NCBI GenBank assembly: GCA_048882325.1 | Contig: JBHLRS010000003.1 | Span: forward strand, 64,001-128,000 | DNA: 64,000 bases | From: Candidatus Thorarchaeota archaeon | Lineage (GTDB): Archaea > Asgardarchaeota > Thorarchaeia > Thorarchaeales > Thorarchaeaceae | Reading direction: 5' to 3' | Part shown: piece by piece, positions 29,702-38,960 of the stretch | How the letters are laid out: every line of letters starts with the position of its first letter | How positions within the stretch are numbered: position 1 is the stretch's first letter | The notes under the pieces: generated by a model | Seen by the model: only the letters and a program-made list of their open reading frames with translations | What the model was told of the DNA's origin: nothing | The model's database searches: none | Translations under genes and position numbers: made by a program

Positions 29702-30963
29702 GGTCCAAGCCTTGTATGAATCACCTGCCCATTGGAAATCACTGTGTGAACAAGATTTACCCCAAATCTCCAGGTGAGAAATTCAGGATTGGGACAGTCG
29801 AGAATGAGAATGTCCGCGGTTTTCCCAACCTCGATACTCCCATAACTTGAACCTCGATCCAATGCATGCGCTGCGTTGATTGTGACGGCAGAAAGAGCTT
29901 CTCTTGGTTTCATTTTCATTTTGTAGCATGCGAGTGCAATTGTGAAAAATAACGACTCGTTTGCGCAATTGGGATTGAAATCAGTGGCTAATGCAACGGG
30001 AAGTCCCATATCAATCATCTTGCGTGCGTCAGCATAATTAGTGTCCAAACTGAATGCCGTTGCAGGTAGTAATGTGGCAATCGTTCCAGCTTTCAACATA
30101 TCTTCTAACCCATCATCTGATGCCATTAATAGATGGTCGGCTGAAACAGCACCAACCTCTGCAGCAAGAGATGCACCCCCCAGTTGAACAATCTCATCAG
30201 CATGAACCTTGAGCTTCATTCCTTCCTCTTTTGCAGCCAAAAGGATGCTCCGAGACTGTTCAACATCGAACACACCCTGCTCACAGAACACATCGCAAAA
30301 CTCCGCAAGTCCGCTCTCCGCCACATCTGGCATCATCTCATCAGTAACCAGACTAACATAAGCATCAGTCTTTCCATCATACTCTGGAGGGACTGCATGA
30401 GCACCCATGAAGGTTGATACAAAATTGATAGGTAGTTTTTCACGTAGCTCATTCACCGCTCTGAGCATCTTCAGTTCATTCTCATTGTCGAGACCATAAC
30501 CACTCTTTACTTCTATTGTAGTACTTCCCATGCTTAGCATTCCTTCTGCATAGGAAAATGCATTCCTGACCAACTCATCTTGGCTCGCTGTTCTTGTTGA
30601 ACGTAGAGTACTTAGAATCCCCCCACCAGCCTCAAGAATCTCAATATAGGATTTTCCAGCCAACTTCATCGCAAAGTCATTCTCTCGAGACCCTCCAAAT
30701 GCAAGATGTGTATGGCTGTCAATGAAACCCGGTGTAGCAAGCATTCCAGGAAACTCCATTACTGGGAATCTCGGTTCCTCAGTCATCAGTGCAAGTATAT
30801 CCTTAGTAGGTCCGACTGCCATAATTTTGTCATTTTTGATTGCAATGGCGCCGTTTTCAATGATTGAAATCTCATTCAACTGTTCTCCAGTCTTTGGAGC
30901 ATTGCTATACCCTTCCAGAGTTGCAATTTGTCCTATATTTGTGAGGAGGAGGTCTGGTTTCAT
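29698..30963 (-). CDS. hutI: Imidazolonepropionase
   Basis: PGFIDSHTH, EVKSGYGL, DVFCE, HADE, ATDFNP. Confidence 0.96.
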   Translation of the reverse strand: MKPDLLLTNIGQIATLEGYSNAPKTGEQLNEISIIENGAIAIKNDKIMAVGPTKDILALMTEEPRFPVMEFPGMLATPGFIDSHTHLAFGGSRENDFAMKLAGKSYIEILEAGGGILSTLRSTRTASQDELVRNAFSYAEGMLSMGSTTIEVKSGYGLDNENELKMLRAVNELREKLPINFVSTFMGAHAVPPEYDGKTDAYVSLVTDEMMPDVAESGLAEFCDVFCEQGVFDVEQSRSILLAAKEEGMKLKVHADEIVQLGGASLAAEVGAVSADHLLMASDDGLEDMLKAGTIATLLPATAFSLDTNYADARKMIDMGLPVALATDFNPNCANESLFFTIALACYKMKMKPREALSAVTINAAHALDRGSSYGSIEVGKTADILILDCPNPEFLTWRFGVNLVHTVISNGQVIHTRLGP

Positions 30964-31078
30964 TCTGGTCACACAATCATAAGATACGGACTATCTGATT
31001 TAGATTATGCTTCAACGAATCAGACGGATTAATTAGGGTTGACCCCTCGAAACCCACAAGGCAGTACAGGAGCACTAA

Positions 31079-31663
31079 ATGATGGACTATTTAATTCTTA
31101 GCTGGAGCGATGTTTACAACCTGACTCTCCAACTCTCAGAAAGAATTGTGGATAGTGGATTCGTTCCTGATGTCATTGTAGGAATTGCGAGAGGGGGCTG
31201 GATTCCAGCACGAATACTCTCAGATGTTCTCTATGCAAATACTCTACAGAACATCCGTATAGAGTACTATACTGATGTAGGTGCAAAAGGGAAAGAGCCT
31301 AGAATTACTCAACCCCTCACAGGGTCAATGAAGAACAAAACTATGCTTTTGGTAGATGAGGTTTCAGATACCGGAGATACACTGTCCCACGCTATCGAGC
31401 ATGTGAAAGAGCTTGGGGTTTCCGAGGTACGATCGGCAGTACTCCACTACAAACCTACATCAATTGTGAAACCTGACTATTTTATGGTCGAAACAACAAG
31501 CTGGACAGTTTATCCATGGGAGAATCGTGCATCAATAATTGATCTCGTCAAAATCTTCAAGAAAGAAGATGAGTCACTCACTATGAAGCAAATTCGTGAT
31601 AAACTAGTGTTCGAGGTTGGATTCGAACCAACAGTTGCAGATTACTTCATCAAGCGTTTATGA
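31079..31663 (+). CDS. Purine phosphoribosyltransferase (Gpt/HPRT-like)
   Basis: GIARGGWIPAR, LLVDEVSDTGDT, W..YPWE. Confidence 0.9.
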   Translation: MMDYLILSWSDVYNLTLQLSERIVDSGFVPDVIVGIARGGWIPARILSDVLYANTLQNIRIEYYTDVGAKGKEPRITQPLTGSMKNKTMLLVDEVSDTGDTLSHAIEHVKELGVSEVRSAVLHYKPTSIVKPDYFMVETTSWTVYPWENRASIIDLVKIFKKEDESLTMKQIRDKLVFEVGFEPTVADYFIKRL

Positions 31664-31678
31664 AGTGAGGTTAACCCA

Positions 31679-32260
31679 TTGCGGATCGTGCAGATAGGGA
31701 GTGAAGATGAAAAGAAGATTGTTGGCATCACTGAGGTTCAGAATCTGAGGGGACTCAACCAGAAGGAGTTGATAGACCTTGCCGCCTCCCAATCAGGTGA
31801 TCACCTCACAGTGCAACTTCTCAATGGACTGTTAATCGCTGATGAAATACACCTGCTTTCTGCTGCACAGAACGCCATAAATGCGCAAAATGGGAATTAC
31901 ATGCTCTCTAGGAGTTTAGATGTGGAAATCATTGTATTTGCTTCGACACAGCGACAAATAGGAAGGGCTCTCGACACTCTGGGAGTCTATGATGGTCTTG
32001 AAGAGATCGCAGTCGTTATAGTGGGACCTGACGTCGCTTCAGTGGAACGTACTATTCTTTTTCTGGTTGAGCGAGTGGGTGATGAGATAATTCCACCATT
32101 CCCAGATACCAGAGAACGAATTAAGCGAATCAAAGATCACTATCAGATTAGTGACAAAGAAATTGATGCAATATCAGAAGCAGACGATGTTGAATCAAGA
32201 ATGATTGCCCTCTCACGTTGTCTTGCTAGCAGGGTGGCTCTCGTTGCATTAGAAACTTGA
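31679..32260 (+). CDS. cgi121: KEOPS subunit Cgi121
   Basis: VQLLN..LI....HL..A...A, SRSLDVEIIVFASTQRQIGRAL...G. Confidence 0.88.
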   Translation: MRIVQIGSEDEKKIVGITEVQNLRGLNQKELIDLAASQSGDHLTVQLLNGLLIADEIHLLSAAQNAINAQNGNYMLSRSLDVEIIVFASTQRQIGRALDTLGVYDGLEEIAVVIVGPDVASVERTILFLVERVGDEIIPPFPDTRERIKRIKDHYQISDKEIDAISEADDVESRMIALSRCLASRVALVALET

Positions 32261-32261
32261 A

Positions 32262-32795
32262 TCAATACATGTCATCGCGCATAGTCATGATAGACAGAAT
32301 ATCAGTCTTATCTTCAATCACGGAGAGACCTGTCCATTCTCCAACAATCTCGACCAACACCGTTTTGTCAGGTTCATCTAAGTCGACTCTCCGAGGAATT
32401 ACAGATGCGACAGCCTTGACCACATCCATGTTCTCCAGCTCTGTATGGCGTCGTCTAACCGTCACTCGAAAGCTCTCATCTTCTCCAATCTTATGAAGTA
32501 ATCTCTCAGTAGCTTCCACAATGGAAGCCATTTCTGATTCTACACATTCTTCCAAAGGAGTGAATTTAATGGCAAATCGGAATTGATAGGGATTCTCAAT
32601 TGCCAATTCTCTGAGGTGTTTTATCACCTCAAAGGGATTGAGTGATGTTCTACAAGCAAGAAGCCCAGATATTGGTGTTCGCGAAACCTTGAAACCAGGA
32701 TCTTCCAACAAATCTCCAATGAAGTATCTGATCTCTGATATTGCAGCACGTTCACGGTCTCTTGGACATGCTACAAGTAAATTGTATTCTCGCAG
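32262..32795 (-). CDS. THUMP domain RNA-binding protein
   Basis: ESFRVTVRRR, VDLDEPDKTVLVEIVG. Frame extends to a probable CTG start (xREYNLLVACPR). Confidence 0.85.
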   Translation of the reverse strand: MREYNLLVACPRDRERAAISEIRYFIGDLLEDPGFKVSRTPISGLLACRTSLNPFEVIKHLRELAIENPYQFRFAIKFTPLEECVESEMASIVEATERLLHKIGEDESFRVTVRRRHTELENMDVVKAVASVIPRRVDLDEPDKTVLVEIVGEWTGLSVIEDKTDILSIMTMRDDMY

Positions 32796-32805
32796 TCTCT
32801 CCGCC

Positions 32806-33513
32806 TCACATATCCGCGTCGATGATTCGTGTACTCCAGAATCTCATTGCATCCGAATCAACCCTCAAATTCGCTTCAATCTGTGTGATGGGTAAGGCAC
32901 CTTCTCTGTAAATCTTGATATTCAGGGGGTCTCCCTTTGTTTCAGATTCTTCAACACCAACTATGGTAGAGTTGTCATGAGCTAATGATGGCCCGCCATC
33001 GATATACAGATCAACCTCGTCACCAAGCTGTTCCACTGCAACTGACAAGTTGAATGGACTTGGACCACCACTTCGATTTGCACTAGTTCCAACAATGGGC
33101 CCTCCGATTTTCTTAGCAATCCCCCGTGGCACTACATGATCTGGTACTCGGACAGCTATTGTTTTCCTACCAGCTGTGATATGTGCCGGTACATCAGGGT
33201 TTGGCTCAACAATCAATGTTAGAGCTCCTGGCCAAAACATCCTTGCAATGACCATTTCCAGTCCATGAAAATCGTGATATATTCCACACTGAGATTCATC
33301 TGCGAATAATAATGGAAAACCAAGTCTTCGATCTCGTCGCTTTACAGCAATGAGTCTTTCCAACGCTTCACGGTTTCTTGGGTCACAACCGAGTCCATAA
33401 CTTGTGTCGGTCGGATATGCGACAATACCCCCTGCAGCAATTACCTCTGCAGCTCTCTCGATGGCAGCTTCACTTTTCTGAAGATCCTCGATTCGCATGA
33501 TTTCAGTGCTCAA
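32806..33513 (-). CDS. sua5: Threonylcarbamoyl-AMP synthase (TsaC/Sua5, YrdC domain only)
   Basis: AYPTDTSYGLGC, K.R, FWPGALT, AVRVPDH, TSANRSG. Confidence 0.93.
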   Translation of the reverse strand: MSTEIMRIEDLQKSEAAIERAAEVIAAGGIVAYPTDTSYGLGCDPRNREALERLIAVKRRDRRLGFPLLFADESQCGIYHDFHGLEMVIARMFWPGALTLIVEPNPDVPAHITAGRKTIAVRVPDHVVPRGIAKKIGGPIVGTSANRSGGPSPFNLSVAVEQLGDEVDLYIDGGPSLAHDNSTIVGVEESETKGDPLNIKIYREGALPITQIEANLRVDSDAMRFWSTRIIDADM

Positions 33514-33588
33514 TTATGTTCCCATCTTAATCCCTGCAAACACACATATGGCCCTTACGTTCGAAGGACAATCTAAGGAGGAATTCAC

Positions 33589-34593
33589 ATTCACGGAGTG
33601 ATTCTCGCAGCTGGCAAGGGAGAACGCCTAGGACCTCTATCATCAGCGATTCCCAAAGCACTGGTCAATGTTGCAGGCAAAACCCTCCTAGAGTGGGCTA
33701 TAGAACGACATACTCTTGCAGGAATTGACAATGTAGTCATTGCTGTTGGATGGAAAGGCTCGTTAATTGAGAAATTCATAGTCGAGTCAAGCCTGAATGT
33801 AAGAGTTGTTCATGTTCCCAACTATGAGATTGGCCCTCTCCAGACATTTCTCACTGCCATTGAAACCTTTGATGGTAGCTTCCTCCTTTCCCCAGTTGAC
33901 GCATTAGTCGAACCGGCAACTATGGTCGGGATTCTCAATCATCATTCTGATGAACAACTTACACTCGGAACAAGCTCCTCAAAAGTACTTGGAACTCTTG
34001 TACAATGTGGACCGGACGGTATAGTCACTGCAATTGCAGATAATGTTTTGAACAGCGATGATGCAGTACGGAGTGCAATGTTGCTTATTGCACACACCAG
34101 GATCAGAGATCTCTGTAAATCCGCTCTCGATAATGGGAAGACAAGAGTAGTACAGTTACTGGATCAAATGGTGATGAATGGTACTCTAATTAGCTGTTAT
34201 GAGGTTTCACATCCTTGGTTCGATATTGACACCCTGTCAGACCTTCTTAGGGCGAATCAATATTTCCTTCAACGAAACAACATTGCTCGAAACGATGCAC
34301 TCCATATTCCATCAGGTGATAGTGTTGATTTTGATGACAGTCTATCACTTCAACCCAACATCCGGTTAGGAAAAGGAACATCACTTCAAGGGCCCGTATT
34401 GATATCCTCTGATTGCGTAATAGGAGAAGACTGCAAAATTGGTCCCAATGTCACTATTGGTACCAATACTCAGGTTTCAAAGGGCTCAGAAATAACAGAT
34501 TCGGTAATTTTTGGCGAGTCGAAGGTGTCAGCAAATTGCCGCATCCACATGAGTGTAGTATTCCATTCCAACATGTACAAAGCAGAGGTGTAG
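33589..34593 (+). CDS. Sugar-phosphate nucleotidyltransferase with left-handed beta-helix
   Basis: ILAAGKGERL.PL...PKAL, WFDIDT..DL, hexapeptide repeats. Probable ATT start. Confidence 0.88.
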   Translation: MHGVILAAGKGERLGPLSSAIPKALVNVAGKTLLEWAIERHTLAGIDNVVIAVGWKGSLIEKFIVESSLNVRVVHVPNYEIGPLQTFLTAIETFDGSFLLSPVDALVEPATMVGILNHHSDEQLTLGTSSSKVLGTLVQCGPDGIVTAIADNVLNSDDAVRSAMLLIAHTRIRDLCKSALDNGKTRVVQLLDQMVMNGTLISCYEVSHPWFDIDTLSDLLRANQYFLQRNNIARNDALHIPSGDSVDFDDSLSLQPNIRLGKGTSLQGPVLISSDCVIGEDCKIGPNVTIGTNTQVSKGSEITDSVIFGESKVSANCRIHMSVVFHSNMYKAEV

Positions 34594-34596
34594 ATA

Positions 34597-35205
34597 CTGC
34601 CTAGTAAGTTTAGAGTCAGACGAATATTCAAGGGCTTAGTTCTATGGATAGCACGTCCACTTGCAAGAGCAGGAGTGCGACCAAATACGATTACGTATGT
34701 CAGTTTGCTTTTGGCTCTCCTTGCTGCTCTAATTCTAAATATATCAGGATCCTCAATTCTCTTCGGTATTCTAGTTTTTCTTTCAGGTCTTTTCGATGGT
34801 GTTGATGGGGCAGTAGCTCGCGAGGGTGATGTCGCCTCGGATGTAGGCGCTTTCACTGACTCTGTCACAGACAAGGTTTCGGAAGTCGTCATTCTAGCTG
34901 GAATCGCAGTGGAGTTTTCTGGTCAGACCTTCCTCAATATGCTTGTAGAATGGTGGGTAATCATAGCAATCATAGGTTGGTTGCTAACCAGCTACACGCG
35001 GTCTCGAGCAGCTAGTCTGGGCGTATCAGATCTAGACATCGGATTGGGAGCCCGCTCTGAAAGACTATTCACCTTGGTAGTGTTTTCCGTCCTGAATCTA
35101 CTTCTCTGGGGCTTGGTGGTGGTCAGCTTAATGGGAGTCCTTACAGCAGGATACAGGTTCTACAGATACCAAAGTGATATTGTCAATCAACAAATGGAAG
35201 GCTGA
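34597..35205 (+). CDS. CDP-alcohol phosphatidyltransferase (archaeal phospholipid synthase)
   Basis: PN.IT, DGVDGAVAR...S..GAFTDS.TD, SY.R.RA, R.ER. Probable CTG start. Confidence 0.9.
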   Translation: MPSKFRVRRIFKGLVLWIARPLARAGVRPNTITYVSLLLALLAALILNISGSSILFGILVFLSGLFDGVDGAVAREGDVASDVGAFTDSVTDKVSEVVILAGIAVEFSGQTFLNMLVEWWVIIAIIGWLLTSYTRSRAASLGVSDLDIGLGARSERLFTLVVFSVLNLLLWGLVVVSLMGVLTAGYRFYRYQSDIVNQQMEG

Positions 35206-35259
35206 TGCAGACCATCATACTTAAGAGCCAAATCAATCAGGCCGGCAACGAATCACTGA

Positions 35260-35694
35260 TTGGAGTTCCAATTCATGGCCAAATTCAGAGCAGATCACTA
35301 CCTTATTGCTGAGTTTGAACAACTATCCGACACAAAAGCGACTGGAGAACAAGTCCTTGTAGCACTAAAGGAGCTACCTGAATTGAAGGACCTAGCAATT
35401 GTTTCCAAAAGAATGGAGGGTAAGTCTTGGTCCGAAATCCTGGGTCGAATCGATGTTCCAACAGGATCAAAGGCATTTTGGGCCATGATAAAGAAAGATG
35501 TAAGTGAGCGAGAGCCCTATCACCTGTTCATTAGGTTCGATATGAACGCTGAGGGTGACACCATAGATGATGCACGGTCCAATGTCAAATCCTGGGTGGA
35601 GAACAACGTGGTCCCAAGGATTGAATCGAAGACCAAGGTGAAAACAATCAAGGTACTTCAAGCGAATGAAATCTTCATGCCAAAACTGGACTGA
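35260..35694 (+). CDS. Hypothetical protein
   Basis: 144-aa ORF with normal composition. No family recognised. Confidence 0.65.
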   Translation: MEFQFMAKFRADHYLIAEFEQLSDTKATGEQVLVALKELPELKDLAIVSKRMEGKSWSEILGRIDVPTGSKAFWAMIKKDVSEREPYHLFIRFDMNAEGDTIDDARSNVKSWVENNVVPRIESKTKVKTIKVLQANEIFMPKLD

Positions 35695-35700
35695 CTGTTA

Positions 35701-36708
35701 TTACTCCTCTAGAACATCAATGAGGTAAAGGTCACTTCCCACTGCTTGAACAAGCTCGGGTCGTGAGTCGCCATCGATATCACCAATAGCAAGATGCGAA
35801 TCTGTAGACTTCCTCGATGTCTTCAGTGAACTATCCTCAATTATTCTTCTGCCAACAAACCCAAGAACGGTGATTGTTGAGTTCGAATGACTTGAAACTA
35901 TCTGTCCATCTCCGTTATCCCAGAAATTACCAATCCTGATCGATGTCACAGGCTTTGGAGCTTTTACTGTATCGTGTCTCTCCATGGCCCCTTTCACAAT
36001 ACCAAACAAGGTCAGGTTACGCCCATCCGACACGGTGACGACTTCAGAATTTCCATCTTGGGTCATATCTCCTGTAGCCACAAGACCAATCTCTCCCCCA
36101 GCACTTATTTTTGCACGTTCGTGGAGTCTATCGTCTGCATATTGATAGACAAAGAGATACCCTGAGTCATCCCCAAAGACAAAACGACTGTATGGGAGAC
36201 CCTTGCTGTGTAGTGGTTGAATGGAGAAGACAGGTCTCTCCAGCACCTTGTGTGCAAGTTTGTCCAAAGCCACATCGTACCAGCCATAGCAACGTAGATT
36301 TCCATCAGTCGTGGCTGCTATAACTTCAGACCTATCATCATTTAGAACATTGAGAACAACAACTGCTGTTGGAAGACTACCCAAGGGAGTTGTTGCCATC
36401 ACCCGCAGTTCCTCATCCATATGGACAAGCACTCGAAGGATGTTGTCAAGCCCTCCAATCACAAAATCTGGCTTCCCGTTTCCAATCACATCCCCGATGC
36501 CCATTGCAGCTAGGGGAGGGAGACCACTCACACGTCCAATCTCATTGGCTTCAGGATTCGCCCCTTCCTCAATCTGATAGACTATCACATCACCATTCAA
36601 ATTAGAAATGACAGGATTTGTTTTTCCATCACCAGATAGGTCGACAAGCTCTACAGATGTGATGACCTCTTTGAAGGATAACTTTGAGATAACTTCAAGA
36701 TTGGTCAT
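35701..36708 (-). CDS. FG-GAP/VCBS-like repeat beta-propeller protein
   Basis: Repeated D.[DSI]G[DN]G..[ED][VLF]V blades, e.g. GDIDGDSRPELV. No signal peptide. Confidence 0.8.
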   Translation of the reverse strand: MTNLEVISKLSFKEVITSVELVDLSGDGKTNPVISNLNGDVIVYQIEEGANPEANEIGRVSGLPPLAAMGIGDVIGNGKPDFVIGGLDNILRVLVHMDEELRVMATTPLGSLPTAVVVLNVLNDDRSEVIAATTDGNLRCYGWYDVALDKLAHKVLERPVFSIQPLHSKGLPYSRFVFGDDSGYLFVYQYADDRLHERAKISAGGEIGLVATGDMTQDGNSEVVTVSDGRNLTLFGIVKGAMERHDTVKAPKPVTSIRIGNFWDNGDGQIVSSHSNSTITVLGFVGRRIIEDSSLKTSRKSTDSHLAIGDIDGDSRPELVQAVGSDLYLIDVLEE

Positions 36709-36851
36709 GTGGGGCGTCCTCTATATTGAAAATGCAGGAAACCTCGTTATAATTAAAACTTGTTCCATCATGCTCAACCTATCGTTTGGACCAACCTCAG
36801 AGATTATGAACTGATGAGCTTAAGACCCCCTTTGCTGAAAGTGAATACGCT

Positions 36852-37397
36852 ATGAGTGAGAGAAAATCAATTCCAAAGTTGGATAATGAACTCTGGACTG
36901 AGAACGCTGAATCTGTATCCAAGGAACTACGTGAATTTGCACAAGAGTTTGGATCTTTCACTCCTGAGCTCTTTGTCCAAATCAAGTTTCATCTGCTCAA
37001 GGGTCAAGGTTTCACAAAACAGAGTAGAGATGAACTATGTGAGCTTTCAATTCATGGTAAAACTTGTCCCAAATGTGACCTGCTTTATGTTGCGAAGAAG
37101 TGTCTACTGTGGTATCGCTTATTCTGGACAATTAGACCAATATACATTGAGCGAGCTCCACCATGCATAAAACTTGCATTTGAAAAGAACAGCATTAAGA
37201 CCGTCACAAGTTATCTTGCAAGAATCAACGTCTTCAATCCACCATTCTATATACCAAAAGGAGGAACCTCCTGTAACTCAATGCGTCGTTATGGCTATTG
37301 CAGACCTAATGAATACTGCAGGGCAATGACTTCTGATTACATCTTAGAATACAATTCAGCTCGAGAGCGCGTGAAACAATCTCGGAAGTTGGGGTAG
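36852..37397 (+). CDS. Cys-rich protein resembling the primase large subunit Fe-S C-terminal domain
   Basis: APPCI ... SCNSMRRYGYC....YC. Confidence 0.5.
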   Translation: MSERKSIPKLDNELWTENAESVSKELREFAQEFGSFTPELFVQIKFHLLKGQGFTKQSRDELCELSIHGKTCPKCDLLYVAKKCLLWYRLFWTIRPIYIERAPPCIKLAFEKNSIKTVTSYLARINVFNPPFYIPKGGTSCNSMRRYGYCRPNEYCRAMTSDYILEYNSARERVKQSRKLG

Positions 37398-37446
37398 TGA
37401 TGTCTTAAATACCAGCATAGACCCTGTTTATTGGGGTCTCTAGGTT

Positions 37447-38955
37447 ATGCCAAACAAGCTCAATATTGACACCATCAAACTCATCCGCCTGACTGGGTTG
37501 AGAGAATCTGAGATTGATGAAGCTCGTAGACAACAGGGATCTGATTGGGATCATATCCAAGGGGCTGTTACAGAGCACAATCGATTTATCTCAATGGGTG
37601 AGAAACACACTCGTCAGAAAGCTGTACAGGACCCGGTTCATGGGGCAATTCTCTTTGAACCATGGGAGCTAGACATCATTTCGACTTGGGAAATGCTACG
37701 CCTTCGATACGTTCGTCAGTTAGGTCCAGCTCATCTAGTTTACCCTGGTGCGACTCACACAAGGTTCGAGCATTGTATTGGTACAAACTTCTTGGCTCAG
37801 AAATCCATTCGTGTAGTGAACTATTGTGATGATCTGGATACAGCTTGTTTTGTCCCATTCTCTCGTCTTCTTGATGAGTATCATCAAAAACTGTTCAGAG
37901 CTGCGGCAATGCTTCACGATGTCGGTCACCCACCCACTTCCCACACTATTGAATATGCTCTAGAAGCTTGGGTCGGACTCGATCATCTAGATCTTGGCGA
38001 GTTCTTGATACTGCACAGTAGTATCACAGATGTTCTGAAGCAGAATGACATAGACCCTGCTGATGTTGTGAATATCTTCCGAAGACGCACCAAAGATCCG
38101 GTCATGAGCCTTCTCTCAGAGTTTTTAGATCACCCTCTTGACATTGACAAGACAGACTACCTTATTAGAGATGCACACTTCAGCGGTGTTCAACTTGGGA
38201 TATTCCCTGCTGAAAGAGTGATGCTGACCAACCGTGTAGTGAGAAATCGAAAGGGCCAGTATATCCGTGCATTCATGTTGAAAGCCATCCACTCTCTGGA
38301 GGCGTTGATTCTTAGCAGGAACTGGATGTTCTCAGACCTATACCTTCATCACGCTGTAAAACTGGCGGAGGCACTAATCTCCAAAGCGACCTATTTCAGA
38401 ATGAGAGAAGAGGACCTGTCAAAGAATGAATGCATAGGTCTATTCACACGAATGACTGATGGTGACTTATTCAGATGGTTAGACGCATCTGAAATTGATT
38501 TTGTACGTGAGTATGTGTCACGAATTCGTTACAGAAAGCTGTTCAAAGTTGTACTTTCTCGTTCTCTTGCATCATTTGAGAAAGACACCCAGAAGATGTT
38601 CAAAGAAATGCTTCATAATATTCCAAAACTCATTGAGGCAGAGAACAATCTAATTGACAAAGAGGGGAGTGTCGTAATAGATGTGGTTTCACCCCCTCTA
38701 GGCGAGAAGACCTTGGGCAAGATTCCACTTCTTGTGGGTGGTGAAAAAGGATTTGACATTGTGAGTCTTGACGAAACAAAAGAGGGACGACCTTTGATGC
38801 ATGTCTTAGAACAACAGGCTCGTACAATTCCTTCCGTGAGAGTTTATGCTGATGCTAAAATCGCAGACAAGGTGAGACGGCAATTTGACAAAGCCTACCC
38901 GGTTTCGGATACACCTCCTCACCGAGAGGAGGAATATGACCTTACGGACTACTAG
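37447..38955 (+). CDS. HD-domain phosphohydrolase (SAMHD1/YwfO-like dNTPase family)
   Basis: DPVHG, RLR.VRQLG, YPGATHTRFEH..G, LHDVGH.P.SH, D.DK.DYL.RD. Confidence 0.92.
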   Translation: MPNKLNIDTIKLIRLTGLRESEIDEARRQQGSDWDHIQGAVTEHNRFISMGEKHTRQKAVQDPVHGAILFEPWELDIISTWEMLRLRYVRQLGPAHLVYPGATHTRFEHCIGTNFLAQKSIRVVNYCDDLDTACFVPFSRLLDEYHQKLFRAAAMLHDVGHPPTSHTIEYALEAWVGLDHLDLGEFLILHSSITDVLKQNDIDPADVVNIFRRRTKDPVMSLLSEFLDHPLDIDKTDYLIRDAHFSGVQLGIFPAERVMLTNRVVRNRKGQYIRAFMLKAIHSLEALILSRNWMFSDLYLHHAVKLAEALISKATYFRMREEDLSKNECIGLFTRMTDGDLFRWLDASEIDFVREYVSRIRYRKLFKVVLSRSLASFEKDTQKMFKEMLHNIPKLIEAENNLIDKEGSVVIDVVSPPLGEKTLGKIPLLVGGEKGFDIVSLDETKEGRPLMHVLEQQARTIPSVRVYADAKIADKVRRQFDKAYPVSDTPPHREEEYDLTDY

Positions 38956-38960
38956 GACAT

